From the sequence record NC_055712.1: a stretch of 64,000 bases of DNA; one strand, 5' to 3'. Positions 9,762 through 19,046 of this stretch are shown piece after piece. How positions within the stretch are numbered: position 1 is the first letter of the stretch; every line of letters begins with the position of its first letter. Position numbers and translations under genes: made by a program. A model generated the notes under the pieces. It searched no databases. It saw only the letters and a list, made by a program, of their open reading frames with translations, and was not told where the DNA came from. The DNA comes from Escherichia phage phT4A.

Positions 9762-10009
9762 ACGTAAAAATTATTGATAGAGCGATGATCACGGACGAAT
9801 CTGTATACCCGGATCCTCGTTATTATGGCGGCGTTTTCGGATACATCAAAGGAACTGATATTGATGTAGTAACAAGTCCGATCGCTGAATATGATATCAA
9901 CAAAAATCAAACAGAAGTTCGCGTTACTACAATCAACGGTTCAGAATATATCGTTGAAGCGACTCCTGATTTTATCAAACAGTTACTAAAGGTGATGAAA
10001 GATGCTTGA
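9743..10009 (+). CDS. hypothetical protein
   Basis: ORF in same-strand array. Confidence 0.35.
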   Translation: MGGCIMNVKIIDRAMITDESVYPDPRYYGGVFGYIKGTDIDVVTSPIAEYDINKNQTEVRVTTINGSEYIVEATPDFIKQLLKVMKDA

Positions 10010-10286
10010 TCATCCTGGCTCTATGAGCATGGTTCTCCTGGAAGCATTAAAGGCATATGATATCCCTTGTCATTTCGGTGAAGTAAATGTTAATACTATT
10101 GTTGACGAAATCGACAACCCAAATACTTTCATTGCTTGTCTTGTTCGAAAATTCACAAGTTGTTTTCGTCCGAGTCCAGAAAAAGTAGTGATTAGTTCTG
10201 TTTCTGCACATCATCGAGTGTTGGATGATAGAAAGATTCAAGTTTACTGGAAAGTTCTTTATCACGTGGTGTATCATGAAGATTGA
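10002..10286 (+). CDS. hypothetical protein
   Basis: ORF in same-strand array. Confidence 0.3.
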   Translation: MLDHPGSMSMVLLEALKAYDIPCHFGEVNVNTIVDEIDNPNTFIACLVRKFTSCFRPSPEKVVISSVSAHHRVLDDRKIQVYWKVLYHVVYHED

Positions 10287-10782
10287 TGATATTATGTTTA
10301 TGCTTAGAGCGGTAAGCGCTTCTAAGTTCTCTCAATGTGTCTCTGTTAATGTCGGTGCTGCGTTGAGAAATGGTAACGGGCGTGTGTTTGTAGGCGCAAA
10401 TAATACGGTTGATCCTAGTCATCGTTGTACAGATCAGTGCAATCACTTATTAGATGATAACGGGAAACTGAGTGAAGAAAAGCGCCCTGAACATTCACAA
10501 TGGTCAGATCGCAACGAAGTACACGCAGAAATGCGCGTTATTATGCTGGCGGCGTCTCATGAACAAATCAAAGACGCAACTTTGTATACAACTCATTCCC
10601 CTTGCTCACAATGTGCGAAAAATATCGAATTTTGTGTTGCAACAGGTATGATTAAGCGTGTAGTATATCTACATAAATACGATCGTGGTGGCATCGAGTG
10701 GATATGGCGTCTACAGCAATACGGTGCCGAAGTAGTACAACTTGACCCCGAAGAAATGAATAAACATTTCCGGATCAAATAA
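10276..10782 (+). CDS. cd: dCMP deaminase
   Basis: Zinc-binding deaminase motifs HAEMRVI and SPCSQCA; start set at MKIDDIMF by alignment to recalled T4 Cd. Confidence 0.85.
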   Translation: MKIDDIMFMLRAVSASKFSQCVSVNVGAALRNGNGRVFVGANNTVDPSHRCTDQCNHLLDDNGKLSEEKRPEHSQWSDRNEVHAEMRVIMLAASHEQIKDATLYTTHSPCSQCAKNIEFCVATGMIKRVVYLHKYDRGGIEWIWRLQQYGAEVVQLDPEEMNKHFRIK

Positions 10783-10785
10783 CAA

Positions 10786-11139
10786 ATGAGTAAATGTATG
10801 TCTGAACTGAGTGTAAAAGCATCCTTTGAATATGTTTTGATTGAAACCAACGCTAAAGCGGCTGGAACTGAAATTGTATCACCTTCTGGTATTGTGACTG
10901 GTGTTCGTCAACACGGCGAGGAACCGATCTACGGCACAGTGTTATCATGTGGGCCGGATGTACCGGAAGAATATAAAACCCTGCTTATGGGTAAGCGAGT
11001 ACCGCTTCCTCATGCACAAATGGCAAACGTGCCGGATCCTGAACTGATTGCAGGAAAGGCAACAAAAGAAGAAGCTCGCAAGTATCCGGTTAAATATGTA
11101 ACCGCACACTATAAAGCGATTCAAGCAATTTACGAATAA
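10786..11139 (+). CDS. 31: GroES-like co-chaperonin (gp31)
   Basis: Matches recalled T4 gp31 (EYVLI, SCGPDVPEE, C-terminal VTAHYKAIQAIYE); sits after cd as in T4. Confidence 0.8.
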   Translation: MSKCMSELSVKASFEYVLIETNAKAAGTEIVSPSGIVTGVRQHGEEPIYGTVLSCGPDVPEEYKTLLMGKRVPLPHAQMANVPDPELIAGKATKEEARKYPVKYVTAHYKAIQAIYE

Positions 11140-11149
11140 GAGATCCAAC

Positions 11150-11401
11150 ATGGCTAAACAAATTCAAGCAATCATCGCCGATACCGTCGCAAAATCCAAA
11201 AAACTTTTCGACAAAGGCGACATCCTCGAAGCACCGACCCGCATCGATGTAATGACTTCAATGATCATTGATGCTCACCAGGGAAAACTGAATTCCCGTG
11301 CTTCGGAAGTAATGGAATACATCGTACAGTTCGAGGATGTATGCAAATACGCCAAAGCTGTTGATCCGGCTGTTCGCGAAATCTACCGCAAACAGTTCTA
11401 A
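11150..11401 (+). CDS. small protein, possibly rIII (lysis-inhibition accessory) by size and position
   Basis: 83-aa ORF directly downstream of gene 31; assignment is positional only. Confidence 0.4.
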   Translation: MAKQIQAIIADTVAKSKKLFDKGDILEAPTRIDVMTSMIIDAHQGKLNSRASEVMEYIVQFEDVCKYAKAVDPAVREIYRKQF

Positions 11402-11407
11402 AAATAT

Positions 11408-11484
11408 TGGCCCCTTAGCTCAATAGGTAGAGCTAATCACTCATAATGGTTAGGTTCCCGGTTCAAGTCACGGGAGGGGCCACC
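11408..11484 (+). tRNA. tRNA-Met (CAU)-like gene with an apparent extra A in the T-stem
   Basis: Acceptor GGCCCCT/AGGGGCC + A + CCA; D-arm GCTC-AATAGGTA-GAGC; anticodon arm AATCA-CTCATAA-TGGTT; T-arm CCCGG-TTCAAGT-CACGGG pairs perfectly only if the A at 11469 is removed. Confidence 0.55.
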
Positions 11485-11489
11485 AAACA

Positions 11490-11567
11490 AGGCAAGGCAC
11501 TTAGAGAAGCGGGAGGAACAGAATCTGATTCTGTTGGTTGTAGGTGCAAATCCTACCCTTGCCACCA
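11490..11567 (+). ncRNA. tRNA-like element (possible pseudo-tRNA or small stable RNA)
   Basis: Perfect 7-bp acceptor GGCAAGG/CCTTGCC + A + CCA and T-arm-like GTAGG-TGCAAAT-CCTAC, but degenerate D-arm and irregular anticodon arm. Confidence 0.3.
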
Positions 11568-11716
11568 AATTTGGGTGCGTAGCGCAATGCCGTTAAATGG
11601 TTCGGAATATGCAACCTTATCCACAGGAAAGGCTCTGTTGGTATCCGGTAATAGGTTCCCCGGAATGCGGGGTGAAGTAAAGAAACTTCCAGCCCACTAA
11701 TTTTAATGAGGTTTAT

Positions 11717-11998
11717 ATGAAATTTCGTGAAACTGTGAAATACCATAACGCGGTCGAATATACGCAGATTTTTGTTGATATGTCTCCTGCAAAATTCAAA
11801 GAACGCTATGGCATGACATTTAATGAATGGAAAGATGGATTGTCCGATGGGGATTACCGAAAAAACTTCAAATTCAGTGAATGTTATGTGGATGATGACC
11901 CTTACGATCTGGATGTTTGTAGTAAAACAACACCTCTCATTGAGAATTCACCAGAACAGCTTTACGAATCTTGTATTGATTCTGCATACGAAATTTAA
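11717..11998 (+). CDS. hypothetical protein
   Basis: ORF only. Confidence 0.4.
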   Translation: MKFRETVKYHNAVEYTQIFVDMSPAKFKERYGMTFNEWKDGLSDGDYRKNFKFSECYVDDDPYDLDVCSKTTPLIENSPEQLYESCIDSAYEI

Positions 11999-12007
11999 AG
12001 AGATAAC

Positions 12008-12427
12008 ATGAAAAATTTACAAAAACTGTTTAAAATGTCTCCGGCAATTAGAAAAATCATCGGAGAAAGCAATCCAACGAATCGCAATAAAAAGTTGATG
12101 GAACTTTTTGTAAAAGAGTTCGATGATTTTGATTCTGAACTTCGTAAAGCGCTTGAGGCATATTCCAAACAAGGGTTCTTTGCATCGCCGCAAGTGAATA
12201 GTAAGAAAGAGTATAGCGAACGATTCTTTGATTGGGAGATTGTCAACCTCGTTCGTAGAACAAATATATCTCCGAGCAATCACCAATTGATTTCTCTTGA
12301 TACTTCGGTATTCTTCATCCAGTATCTTATTAGTGGTGGTTTCAAAAATCCTGAAATTCCGTTTACAAATGAAGCGGTTAGCAGTGAATTTGATGAATCA
12401 TTTGTATACATCAACACAAACAAATAA
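12008..12427 (+). CDS. hypothetical protein
   Basis: ORF only. Confidence 0.4.
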   Translation: MKNLQKLFKMSPAIRKIIGESNPTNRNKKLMELFVKEFDDFDSELRKALEAYSKQGFFASPQVNSKKEYSERFFDWEIVNLVRRTNISPSNHQLISLDTSVFFIQYLISGGFKNPEIPFTNEAVSSEFDESFVYINTNK

Positions 12428-12462
12428 TCAAATGGCTATCTTCGGATAGCCTTATTTTTGGG

Positions 12463-13035
12463 GTGTCTATGCGCTTTTTAAAGTATGCAAGTTGGATCGT
12501 ACTCGTCCCTCTTGACATTATTACTGGAGTATTAGCAATTCTGTTTGCCCCGTTTGTTGTACCATTCTACAACGAGAAAACAGGGCATCTTCCTAAAGGC
12601 TTCCGGTGGATGGAAACCTTCGATAACCCTATTGATGGTGATGGTGGACATATCCGCCGTTGGGCGTCCATACGCTATCATCTGGGGGATTTTGGGGTGT
12701 ACATGCAACGTGTTGGCTGGTTGTGGAGAAACAAGGCTTATAACTTCGCATATCACGTTTTAGGACGTGAAGCGACAAGCAAATTCAACTGGAAAGGCAA
12801 CCCAAAAACAGAAGGTGGGCCGAACCCTGTAAATCATGGGTATCTGCTCATGTGGAACGAATCAGCATGGGGTTTGTACGTTTACAAACCGTGGCTACGG
12901 ATCCACAAAGTGCAATTCTGTTTGCGCGTTTATGCTGGATGGAAACTGAAACAAGAAGTTAGCGACCCAGTTAACCTGGATCGTGCAATGCTGGCGTTTC
13001 ATTTCAACCCGTTCAGGTATTATGTAATCAAGTAA
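12463..13035 (+). CDS. hypothetical membrane protein
   Basis: N-terminal hydrophobic segment [25 protein letters not shown]; Trp-rich. Confidence 0.4.
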   Translation: MSMRFLKYASWIVLVPLDIITGVLAILFAPFVVPFYNEKTGHLPKGFRWMETFDNPIDGDGGHIRRWASIRYHLGDFGVYMQRVGWLWRNKAYNFAYHVLGREATSKFNWKGNPKTEGGPNPVNHGYLLMWNESAWGLYVYKPWLRIHKVQFCLRVYAGWKLKQEVSDPVNLDRAMLAFHFNPFRYYVIK

Positions 13036-13045
13036 AGGTAATACA

Positions 13046-13408
13046 ATGAAAGCATTTCAAATTTTAGAAGGTTTGCATACTGGTACGATCTATCTGGAAG
13101 AAGGTAACGACGTTCGGATCGTAGTATCAAAAACATTAACTATGGATTCTGTGATCGGTAAAGCTCGCGTTACTCCGTTTGAAAAGCGAGAGATTGAGAT
13201 CGAATATCAACCAACTGTTAAGGTGGAAGGTGGACAGCATTTAAACGTAAACGTGTTGCGCCGCGAAACTCTCCTGGATGCGGTTGAACATCCTGAAAAA
13301 TATCCACAATTGACGATCCGTGTATCTGGTTATGCAGTGCGTTTTAACTCACTGACCCCTGAACAGCAACGCGACGTTATCGCCCGAACCTTTACAGAGA
13401 GTCTATAA
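13046..13408 (+). CDS. grcA: autonomous glycyl radical cofactor (GrcA/YfiD-like)
   Basis: C-terminal [59 protein letters not shown] is almost identical to recalled E. coli GrcA, including the RVSGY glycyl-radical motif; N-terminal half divergent. Confidence 0.8.
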   Translation: MKAFQILEGLHTGTIYLEEGNDVRIVVSKTLTMDSVIGKARVTPFEKREIEIEYQPTVKVEGGQHLNVNVLRRETLLDAVEHPEKYPQLTIRVSGYAVRFNSLTPEQQRDVIARTFTESL

Positions 13409-13677
13409 TGGCAATTGATGATATCAAGGGTTATAAACCCCATACTGATAAAAAAGTAGAAACGGTAAACCGTATCAAAGATGCTGAAAATGCATTAGGT
13501 GCAATCCTGGAAGATATCGAACAGCGACTATCAAATTCAGATATTGATTCACTGATAGAGGAAGAATTAGATGAGGTGCTTGAACGTATCCATCAAATTC
13601 AACTAGCGAAAGACCGACTGAAAGAAGCCTCTATGTGGGCGTGTCGTGCGGTGTTTCAGCCTGACGAAAAATATTAA
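13408..13677 (+). CDS. hypothetical protein
   Basis: ORF with ATGG overlap with grcA-like stop. Confidence 0.4.
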   Translation: MAIDDIKGYKPHTDKKVETVNRIKDAENALGAILEDIEQRLSNSDIDSLIEEELDEVLERIHQIQLAKDRLKEASMWACRAVFQPDEKY

Positions 13678-13682
13678 AAATC

Positions 13683-13718
13683 AAGCCGTTGCCGAAAGGT
13701 AGCGGCTTTTTCTTTTTT
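13683..13718 (+). terminator. rho-independent terminator
   Basis: AAGCCG-ttgccgaaaggtag-CGGCTT hairpin followed by TTTTCTTTTTT. Confidence 0.6.
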
Positions 13719-13732
13719 GGTGTAAAAAGTTG

Positions 13733-13761
13733 TTGACTCCCTTCTCACATTCCCTTATAGT
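13733..13761 (+). promoter_or_regulatory. sigma70-type early promoter
   Basis: TTGACT, 17-nt spacer, TATAGT; ~40 nt upstream of the next ATG. Confidence 0.5.
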
Positions 13762-13802
13762 TAATCCCGTAGACAAGAAAACACTTTTATGAGGATGACA
13801 TT

Positions 13803-14096
13803 ATGAAACGCTCTTACAACATGAATGAACTGGTTTTCTTCAAAACTCGTCGTGAAGCACGTGCTTACGTTCTGGCGGCTGGTAAAAATACTTCTGCTGC
13901 TATCGATATGGGTACTGATAAAGCTGTTGGTGCTCGTTGGGCCGCTGTTATCGTTATCGCTGCTCCGGTTACTCCGGTTAAAACTCTGGTACTTGGTGCG
14001 CGTCACGCCGAAACTCTTAACACTGCTGCAAGCGGTAGGGGCCACGAAGTTAAAGTGTTCAAGAAGCGTTCTTATCTTTCATGTGCAAGGGGTTAA
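13803..14096 (+). CDS. hypothetical protein
   Basis: ORF downstream of promoter, GAGGATG SD. Confidence 0.4.
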   Translation: MKRSYNMNELVFFKTRREARAYVLAAGKNTSAAIDMGTDKAVGARWAAVIVIAAPVTPVKTLVLGARHAETLNTAASGRGHEVKVFKKRSYLSCARG

Positions 14097-14098
14097 CT

Positions 14099-14338
14099 AT
14101 GGCACGATTCATATATAAAGTGGAATACGAAAATACTGAGTTATCTGATACCTTTTTGAAGATGATTCGTGACCACGGGCAACGTCTGGAAAGAGTAACG
14201 ATTGATACTGCGTTTGATTGTCCTGTTGGGTTGGTTCTAACATTATCTTGCAGCCCTGCAAAAGAATCAGCCCGTGTTGAAATGTTACATAAACTAAATG
14301 CATTTTATGAAGGTGGTAGTGTATGGCGAGTATTGTAA
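14099..14338 (+). CDS. hypothetical protein
   Basis: ORF; start set at MARFIYK. Confidence 0.35.
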   Translation: MARFIYKVEYENTELSDTFLKMIRDHGQRLERVTIDTAFDCPVGLVLTLSCSPAKESARVEMLHKLNAFYEGGSVWRVL

Positions 14339-14737
14339 AATTTTTCACCGACTCAGTGAAAGAAATTAACAGCGCTCTGGAACAATGGAACACTCGCTGT
14401 GATGTATCCATTAAATCAGAGTACGAAACAACTTATGATCGTTATGATCAGGCCCGTGGTTTGCACAATAACCCCCATGAGGTGGAAGTGTGAAATACTA
14501 CGGATTCAAAACGAGTCATTTTGGTAAAGCGTATCGTACAGAAAACATCGATCGCAAACGTCCGTACTATGATTCTTTAGTACGCGCGGGACGCAAACGC
14601 GCTCGCCAGGAAGGGAAGAAGGAAGCAGAAAATGAACTTTGATCAACCCATTGCAATGATAATCGGTGCTGTCCTGGGAATGCTTCTTTTGTTTGGCGGA
14701 ATCCCATTAACTGCATATATCATGAGGTTATTCTAAA

Positions 14738-15178
14738 ATGGACATCGGATCAGGTAGTCAGTATCCCTCATGCGCTTTAAGCAACTTTGCCCCGCATCCG
14801 TTTACGTTCGACGGGGTAGAATGCGCATCGATGGAGGGGCTTTTACAAAGCCTGAAATTCAGCAATCCAGACATGCAAGCGCATGTATGTACGCTGGTTG
14901 GTAAAGCCGCCAAGTTCAAAGGCAAGAAAAAGAAATGGTATCGCGATCAGACCTTGTACTGGAAAGGTACACCGATCCATCGCGAATCCGAAGCGTACCA
15001 GATTCTTATTGAAAATGCGTACAATGCTCTTTTCCTGAATGACGGGTTCCGCCGTGCGCTGGCAGCAACCGGAAAAAGTACCTTGACACATTCAATGGGG
15101 AAATCTCGTATGAACGAAACTATTCTGACAGAACGAGAATTTATTAGAAATTTGAACAGGTTGAGAAATTTGTTATGA
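14738..15178 (+). CDS. NADAR (YbiA/DUF1768)-like protein
   Basis: LSNFAPHPFTFDGVECASMEGLLQSLKF resembles the NADAR N-terminal signature of E. coli YbiA (FSNF..P..DG......EH.FQA.KF). Confidence 0.6.
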   Translation: MDIGSGSQYPSCALSNFAPHPFTFDGVECASMEGLLQSLKFSNPDMQAHVCTLVGKAAKFKGKKKKWYRDQTLYWKGTPIHRESEAYQILIENAYNALFLNDGFRRALAATGKSTLTHSMGKSRMNETILTEREFIRNLNRLRNLL

Positions 15179-15693
15179 AAAGCGCTGATAACCTAAAAAA
15201 AGAAATTGAAGGAATCAAGAAATTATTGCATTATATCGATGTTGATATAGAGACTGGAATATGTACTTGGAAAAGACCCAGAAAATCTATAAATGTTGGT
15301 GATGTTGCTGGATGTAAGAAAGAAAAATATCATGTTATTTGTTTCGATTATAGGTTGTATAGACGACACAGGATTGTGTTCTATTTTGCTAAAGGTTACT
15401 TACCTCAAGTAGTAGACCACATTCATGGTGTTGAACATGGCGACGGTATTGATAATTTACAAGAGGCATCGCAAAGACAAAACGTTATTAAAAAGAAAGG
15501 ACAGAAAAACAACAAAAGTGGTTATCGAGGGGTGTGTTGGTCGTCTCGTGCTGAAAAGTATCGAGCAACTATAGGTATTGATGGAAAACAAATACATTTA
15601 GGATATTTCGATACTCCAGAAGAAGCAAGTAAAGCATATCATCAAAAAGCGAAAGAAACTTTTGGTGATTTTTATAATCCATTGGTTAAATGA
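15175..15693 (+). CDS. HNH-AP2 homing endonuclease (paralog 2 of 4)
   Basis: ATGA overlap with NADAR stop; VVDHIHG...DNLQ HNH core; AP2-like YRGVCWSSRAEKYRATIGIDGKQIHLGYFDTPEEASKAY. Confidence 0.8.
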   Translation: MKSADNLKKEIEGIKKLLHYIDVDIETGICTWKRPRKSINVGDVAGCKKEKYHVICFDYRLYRRHRIVFYFAKGYLPQVVDHIHGVEHGDGIDNLQEASQRQNVIKKKGQKNNKSGYRGVCWSSRAEKYRATIGIDGKQIHLGYFDTPEEASKAYHQKAKETFGDFYNPLVK

Positions 15694-15965
15694 GATCTGT
15701 TATGAGTGAAAAAGAAAGAGTAGAATGCGTGTTCCTGTTCAAAGGCGCGATTAATCCATTAGCGTTACTGTATGCGCAACATGCATTACGTTCAACGTTG
15801 ATTCAGAGTGTTATCTATAAAGCAGGTGTGTATTATGTTACCATCGGCGCAAATAACATGGTTGTTATTGAATCCTATGTTAAGGAATGTGCATCAAACG
15901 GCGTTGTCTTTGATAAAGTCGATTTTGATGCAGGGGTAGATGCTGTTTATATGTATAAGGGTTGA
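15690..15965 (+). CDS. hypothetical protein
   Basis: ORF only. Confidence 0.35.
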   Translation: MRSVMSEKERVECVFLFKGAINPLALLYAQHALRSTLIQSVIYKAGVYYVTIGANNMVVIESYVKECASNGVVFDKVDFDAGVDAVYMYKG

Positions 15966-15966
15966 T

Positions 15967-16188
15967 ATGAGTTACGTAGTTTATTTCGATTGTTCGGATC
16001 TCGATCCGTTCGTGCTTCAACAGGCAAAGAAATATCATCAAGATGTCGTTGGCATTGGTGTAACAAATGATGATATGTTGTGCATCGAATTTGAATATTA
16101 TCGGACATTTGAGCGTGAACAATTCCTGGGTGAATTGAATGCATTCAAAAGTACCCTTTTCTTTGATCGTTATGAGGTTATATCTTGA
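15967..16188 (+). CDS. hypothetical protein
   Basis: ORF; start set at MSYVVYF. Confidence 0.3.
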   Translation: MSYVVYFDCSDLDPFVLQQAKKYHQDVVGIGVTNDDMLCIEFEYYRTFEREQFLGELNAFKSTLFFDRYEVIS

Positions 16189-16799
16189 AACCTGTTATTC
16201 TTACCGATATTGACGGGATCGCCGTAAAATGGCAGTCGGGGTTGCCTTTCTTTTTGTCTAAGCACAACATGCCTACTGATATTGCATTGGAAATGGTTAC
16301 GGATGAAAAATTTCGTGATATGACCGAAATCTTCGGATGTGATCAGCAGTTGGCTAAAATCCTTATGGAAGAATACAATAACAGTTCTTTCATTCGTTAT
16401 CTGAATGCGTATGATGATGCATTGATTGTGATCAACCGTCTGAAAACGCAGTATGATTTCGTTGCCGTTACCGCTCTGGGAACAACACCAACGGCAAGCC
16501 TTAACCGAATTGCTAACCTGAATACTCTTTTCCCGTCTGCGTTTAAAGAGGTGATGGTCGTGGGCCACGGTGAAACAAAAACTCATCGTTACCTGGAAGC
16601 AAAAGCAAAGTATGGTAATCGTCTGGTTTGCTTTGTTGATGATCTCGCGATAAACTTAAACGAATGTCATAACGTCATTAGTCAGTTGCCGTTATTCCAT
16701 ATGTTACGTGGTGAACGTGAAGAAACAAATGCACCTCACCAGTTAGTAAAATCGTGGTTTGAAATTGAAGAGAAACTAAATGATCTTGTCAATCCTTAA
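16185..16799 (+). CDS. HAD-superfamily hydrolase, possibly 5'(3')-deoxyribonucleotidase-like
   Basis: N-terminal ILTDIDG matches HAD motif I (DxDG); overlaps ligase start. Confidence 0.45.
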   Translation: MKPVILTDIDGIAVKWQSGLPFFLSKHNMPTDIALEMVTDEKFRDMTEIFGCDQQLAKILMEEYNNSSFIRYLNAYDDALIVINRLKTQYDFVAVTALGTTPTASLNRIANLNTLFPSAFKEVMVVGHGETKTHRYLEAKAKYGNRLVCFVDDLAINLNECHNVISQLPLFHMLRGEREETNAPHQLVKSWFEIEEKLNDLVNP

Positions 16800-18309
16800 T
16801 GAACTTGCGTCTACTCTGAAAACCAAAGAGAAAGAAGCAATTTTAAAACGTAATGCCGATAATGAATTATTGAAAGAAGTTTTCCGCATTACGTATACAA
16901 AACAGATTATGTTTTATGTGCGTCAATTTCCTCTGGTAGAAGGGAAACCAGGCACAACACCGCTTTCCGATGCAATCAAAGCATTGCTGGAAGATTTAGC
17001 AAGCCGGAAATATACAGGCAATGCAGCGCGTGATCGTTTACTGGATATTGTATCATCAGTGAACATTAACGATCGTGAAGTGCTACGCCGTATCATTAAC
17101 CGCGATCTGGAATGTGGTGCTGGCACAACCTTACCAAACAGGGTATGGAAGAAACTCATTCCTGAACAGCCTCAATGCCTCGCTACGCCGTTTAGTGAAA
17201 AGGCTTTACGTCGCATCATTTTCCCTGCTTACTCGCAGCTTAAAGCCGATGGTGCGCGTTGTATGGCTGATTTGTTGGAAGCATTAAACCGTAAAGTATC
17301 GAGGGCGGGTAACGAGTACGAAGGGTTAACCCAACTTGATATCGATCTGAAAAAGATTCGCGATTATCTGGGATATGATGTAGTTCTGGATGGAGAATTG
17401 ATTTATGTTCCTTCCGGAACCGTACCAACATTACCTGAACCTGAAACAGACATGCCTTTTTCTTTATCTGCTTTCATGGACGATGATGATAACGACATTG
17501 CGTTATTTGCGGAAGAAGTTCGCAAAGTATCGACCCCAGAAGAAGAACAGGCCGAAGCAAAACGCGAAGAAGGGAACGGGATCGTAAACAAATCTCTGAA
17601 AGGGACGATCACCGAAGAAGAACAGCGAAACATTGTTTATGTTGTTTGGGATATTATTCCATATGAGGTGTATTACGGCGAAGCTGAAAGTGTTCAGACT
17701 TATGATGAACGGTTTAGCCTGTTGCGTGATATCCTCCTGGATCTTTCTCTGCCTTCTGTTCGTTTGATTCAGTCTAAGCTGGTTAATAACATTGCAGAAG
17801 CGAAACAGGACTATAACAATTACCGCAATGACGGTAAAGAAGGTTCTATTCTCAAAAACAGAAACTTCAAATGGAAAGATTCGCGAGTAGCCGATCAGGT
17901 TAAGCTGAAAAACAAAACCCCGATTGAACTACGGATCATTGATATCTACGCGCACACTAAAGAAGACCATAAGGTCGGCGGGTTTGTGGTGGAAGATTTA
18001 TCCGGAATGGCTCGAACGAATACCGGATCTGGGTTAACTGATACCGATTATCGTTACGATGATGATGGTATTACCCGTGTATACATTCCATTAGATGAAC
18101 GTGGTGAACTGGATCGCGAATACATCATGGCGCATAAAGATGAATACATTGGGGCCATTGTAGAAATGGAAGTTGACGGCCTCCAGAAGTCGAAAACGCG
18201 TAAGAAAGGGGAACCGGAATACAGTTTCTTCCTTCCTATTATCAAGAAGATAAGACGCGATAAGACCGAACCCGACGATATTCATGTTGTCTTTGCAGAT
18301 CTATTTTGA
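16780..18309 (+). CDS. 30: ATP-dependent DNA ligase
   Basis: N-terminus MILSILNELAS and adenylation motif KADGARC match recalled T4 DNA ligase; LIPEQPQ, SRAGNEY also conserved. Confidence 0.9.
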   Translation: MILSILNELASTLKTKEKEAILKRNADNELLKEVFRITYTKQIMFYVRQFPLVEGKPGTTPLSDAIKALLEDLASRKYTGNAARDRLLDIVSSVNINDREVLRRIINRDLECGAGTTLPNRVWKKLIPEQPQCLATPFSEKALRRIIFPAYSQLKADGARCMADLLEALNRKVSRAGNEYEGLTQLDIDLKKIRDYLGYDVVLDGELIYVPSGTVPTLPEPETDMPFSLSAFMDDDDNDIALFAEEVRKVSTPEEEQAEAKREEGNGIVNKSLKGTITEEEQRNIVYVVWDIIPYEVYYGEAESVQTYDERFSLLRDILLDLSLPSVRLIQSKLVNNIAEAKQDYNNYRNDGKEGSILKNRNFKWKDSRVADQVKLKNKTPIELRIIDIYAHTKEDHKVGGFVVEDLSGMARTNTGSGLTDTDYRYDDDGITRVYIPLDERGELDREYIMAHKDEYIGAIVEMEVDGLQKSKTRKKGEPEYSFFLPIIKKIRRDKTEPDDIHVVFADLF

Positions 18310-18310
18310 T

Positions 18311-18348
18311 AAAAAGCCCTTGACTCCGGTCGGGGGCTTTGTTATATT
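18311..18348 (+). promoter_or_regulatory. stem-loop + sigma70 promoter cassette (PeSL-like)
   Basis: Hairpin AGCCC..GGGGCT containing TTGACT at 18320-18325, 17-nt spacer, TATATT at 18343-18348. Confidence 0.55.
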
Positions 18349-18385
18349 GGGCCTATCGAAACGTAAATCACTAAGAGAATATATT

Positions 18386-18955
18386 ATGACTAGTAGTTAT
18401 CAGAAACACAAAACCCTTATGGCAAACCTGTCCGGTAAACATATCGACGAAGTAAAATCTCTGCTGACAGTAACCGAAGGTTCCCGTTTTGACACAAATC
18501 ACATTATCAAACCTTCTGTGAAGAAAGTACTGAAAGTGATTTACCGACATCCGGTGTATCAGTGCGTTCATATCATGAACAGCAACGCATTTATTTTCGT
18601 ATATAACGAATCCGATGATAAGTGTGTTGGTATTTTCCGAAAACCTAACTTTGAATGCATGAGCGAAGCGGCTGTTGCAACCCCGATCGTTGAAGAATAT
18701 CCGGATTATGTTCAACGCAACATGCGTTATGTGCAATCCCGACTTGATTATGCATACGATTTCAATTCTGACGCGGTAGAAGCGCTGGCGGATATCCTTT
18801 GCAAAAACCAGAAAGATCGTCAAATGACAAAATATCTGACTGACCCAACACCGTCAACAATCCGAATTTCTGTCGAAGTTCCGTTTGAAAATCATTTCAT
18901 GGCGGTTGAAGCACTTGCTAAACTTGGTTTAGAAGTGAAAACAGAAGCCGTTTAA
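18386..18955 (+). CDS. hypothetical protein
   Basis: ORF; start set at MTSSYQKH downstream of the promoter cassette. Confidence 0.4.
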   Translation: MTSSYQKHKTLMANLSGKHIDEVKSLLTVTEGSRFDTNHIIKPSVKKVLKVIYRHPVYQCVHIMNSNAFIFVYNESDDKCVGIFRKPNFECMSEAAVATPIVEEYPDYVQRNMRYVQSRLDYAYDFNSDAVEALADILCKNQKDRQMTKYLTDPTPSTIRISVEVPFENHFMAVEALAKLGLEVKTEAV

Positions 18956-18974
18956 TAGCACTTTTTGTTAAAGA

Positions 18975-19009
18975 AGCCTCTTGCAATGCAGGGGGCTTTT
19001 TTGTATAGT
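18975..19009 (+). promoter_or_regulatory. stem-loop + sigma70 promoter cassette (PeSL-like)
   Basis: TTGCAA at 18981-18986 inside a GCCTC..GGGGGC hairpin, 17-nt spacer, TATAGT at 19004-19009. Confidence 0.55.
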
Positions 19010-19046
19010 GTGTTCATCGAAACGAAACAGACAAAAGGAACATCAC

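Noticed and set aside
11446-11700. ORF 11446-11700 (84 aa) as a protein-coding gene
   Set aside because: It overlaps the tRNA-Met 3' end and the tRNA-like element; the region is better explained as structured RNA.
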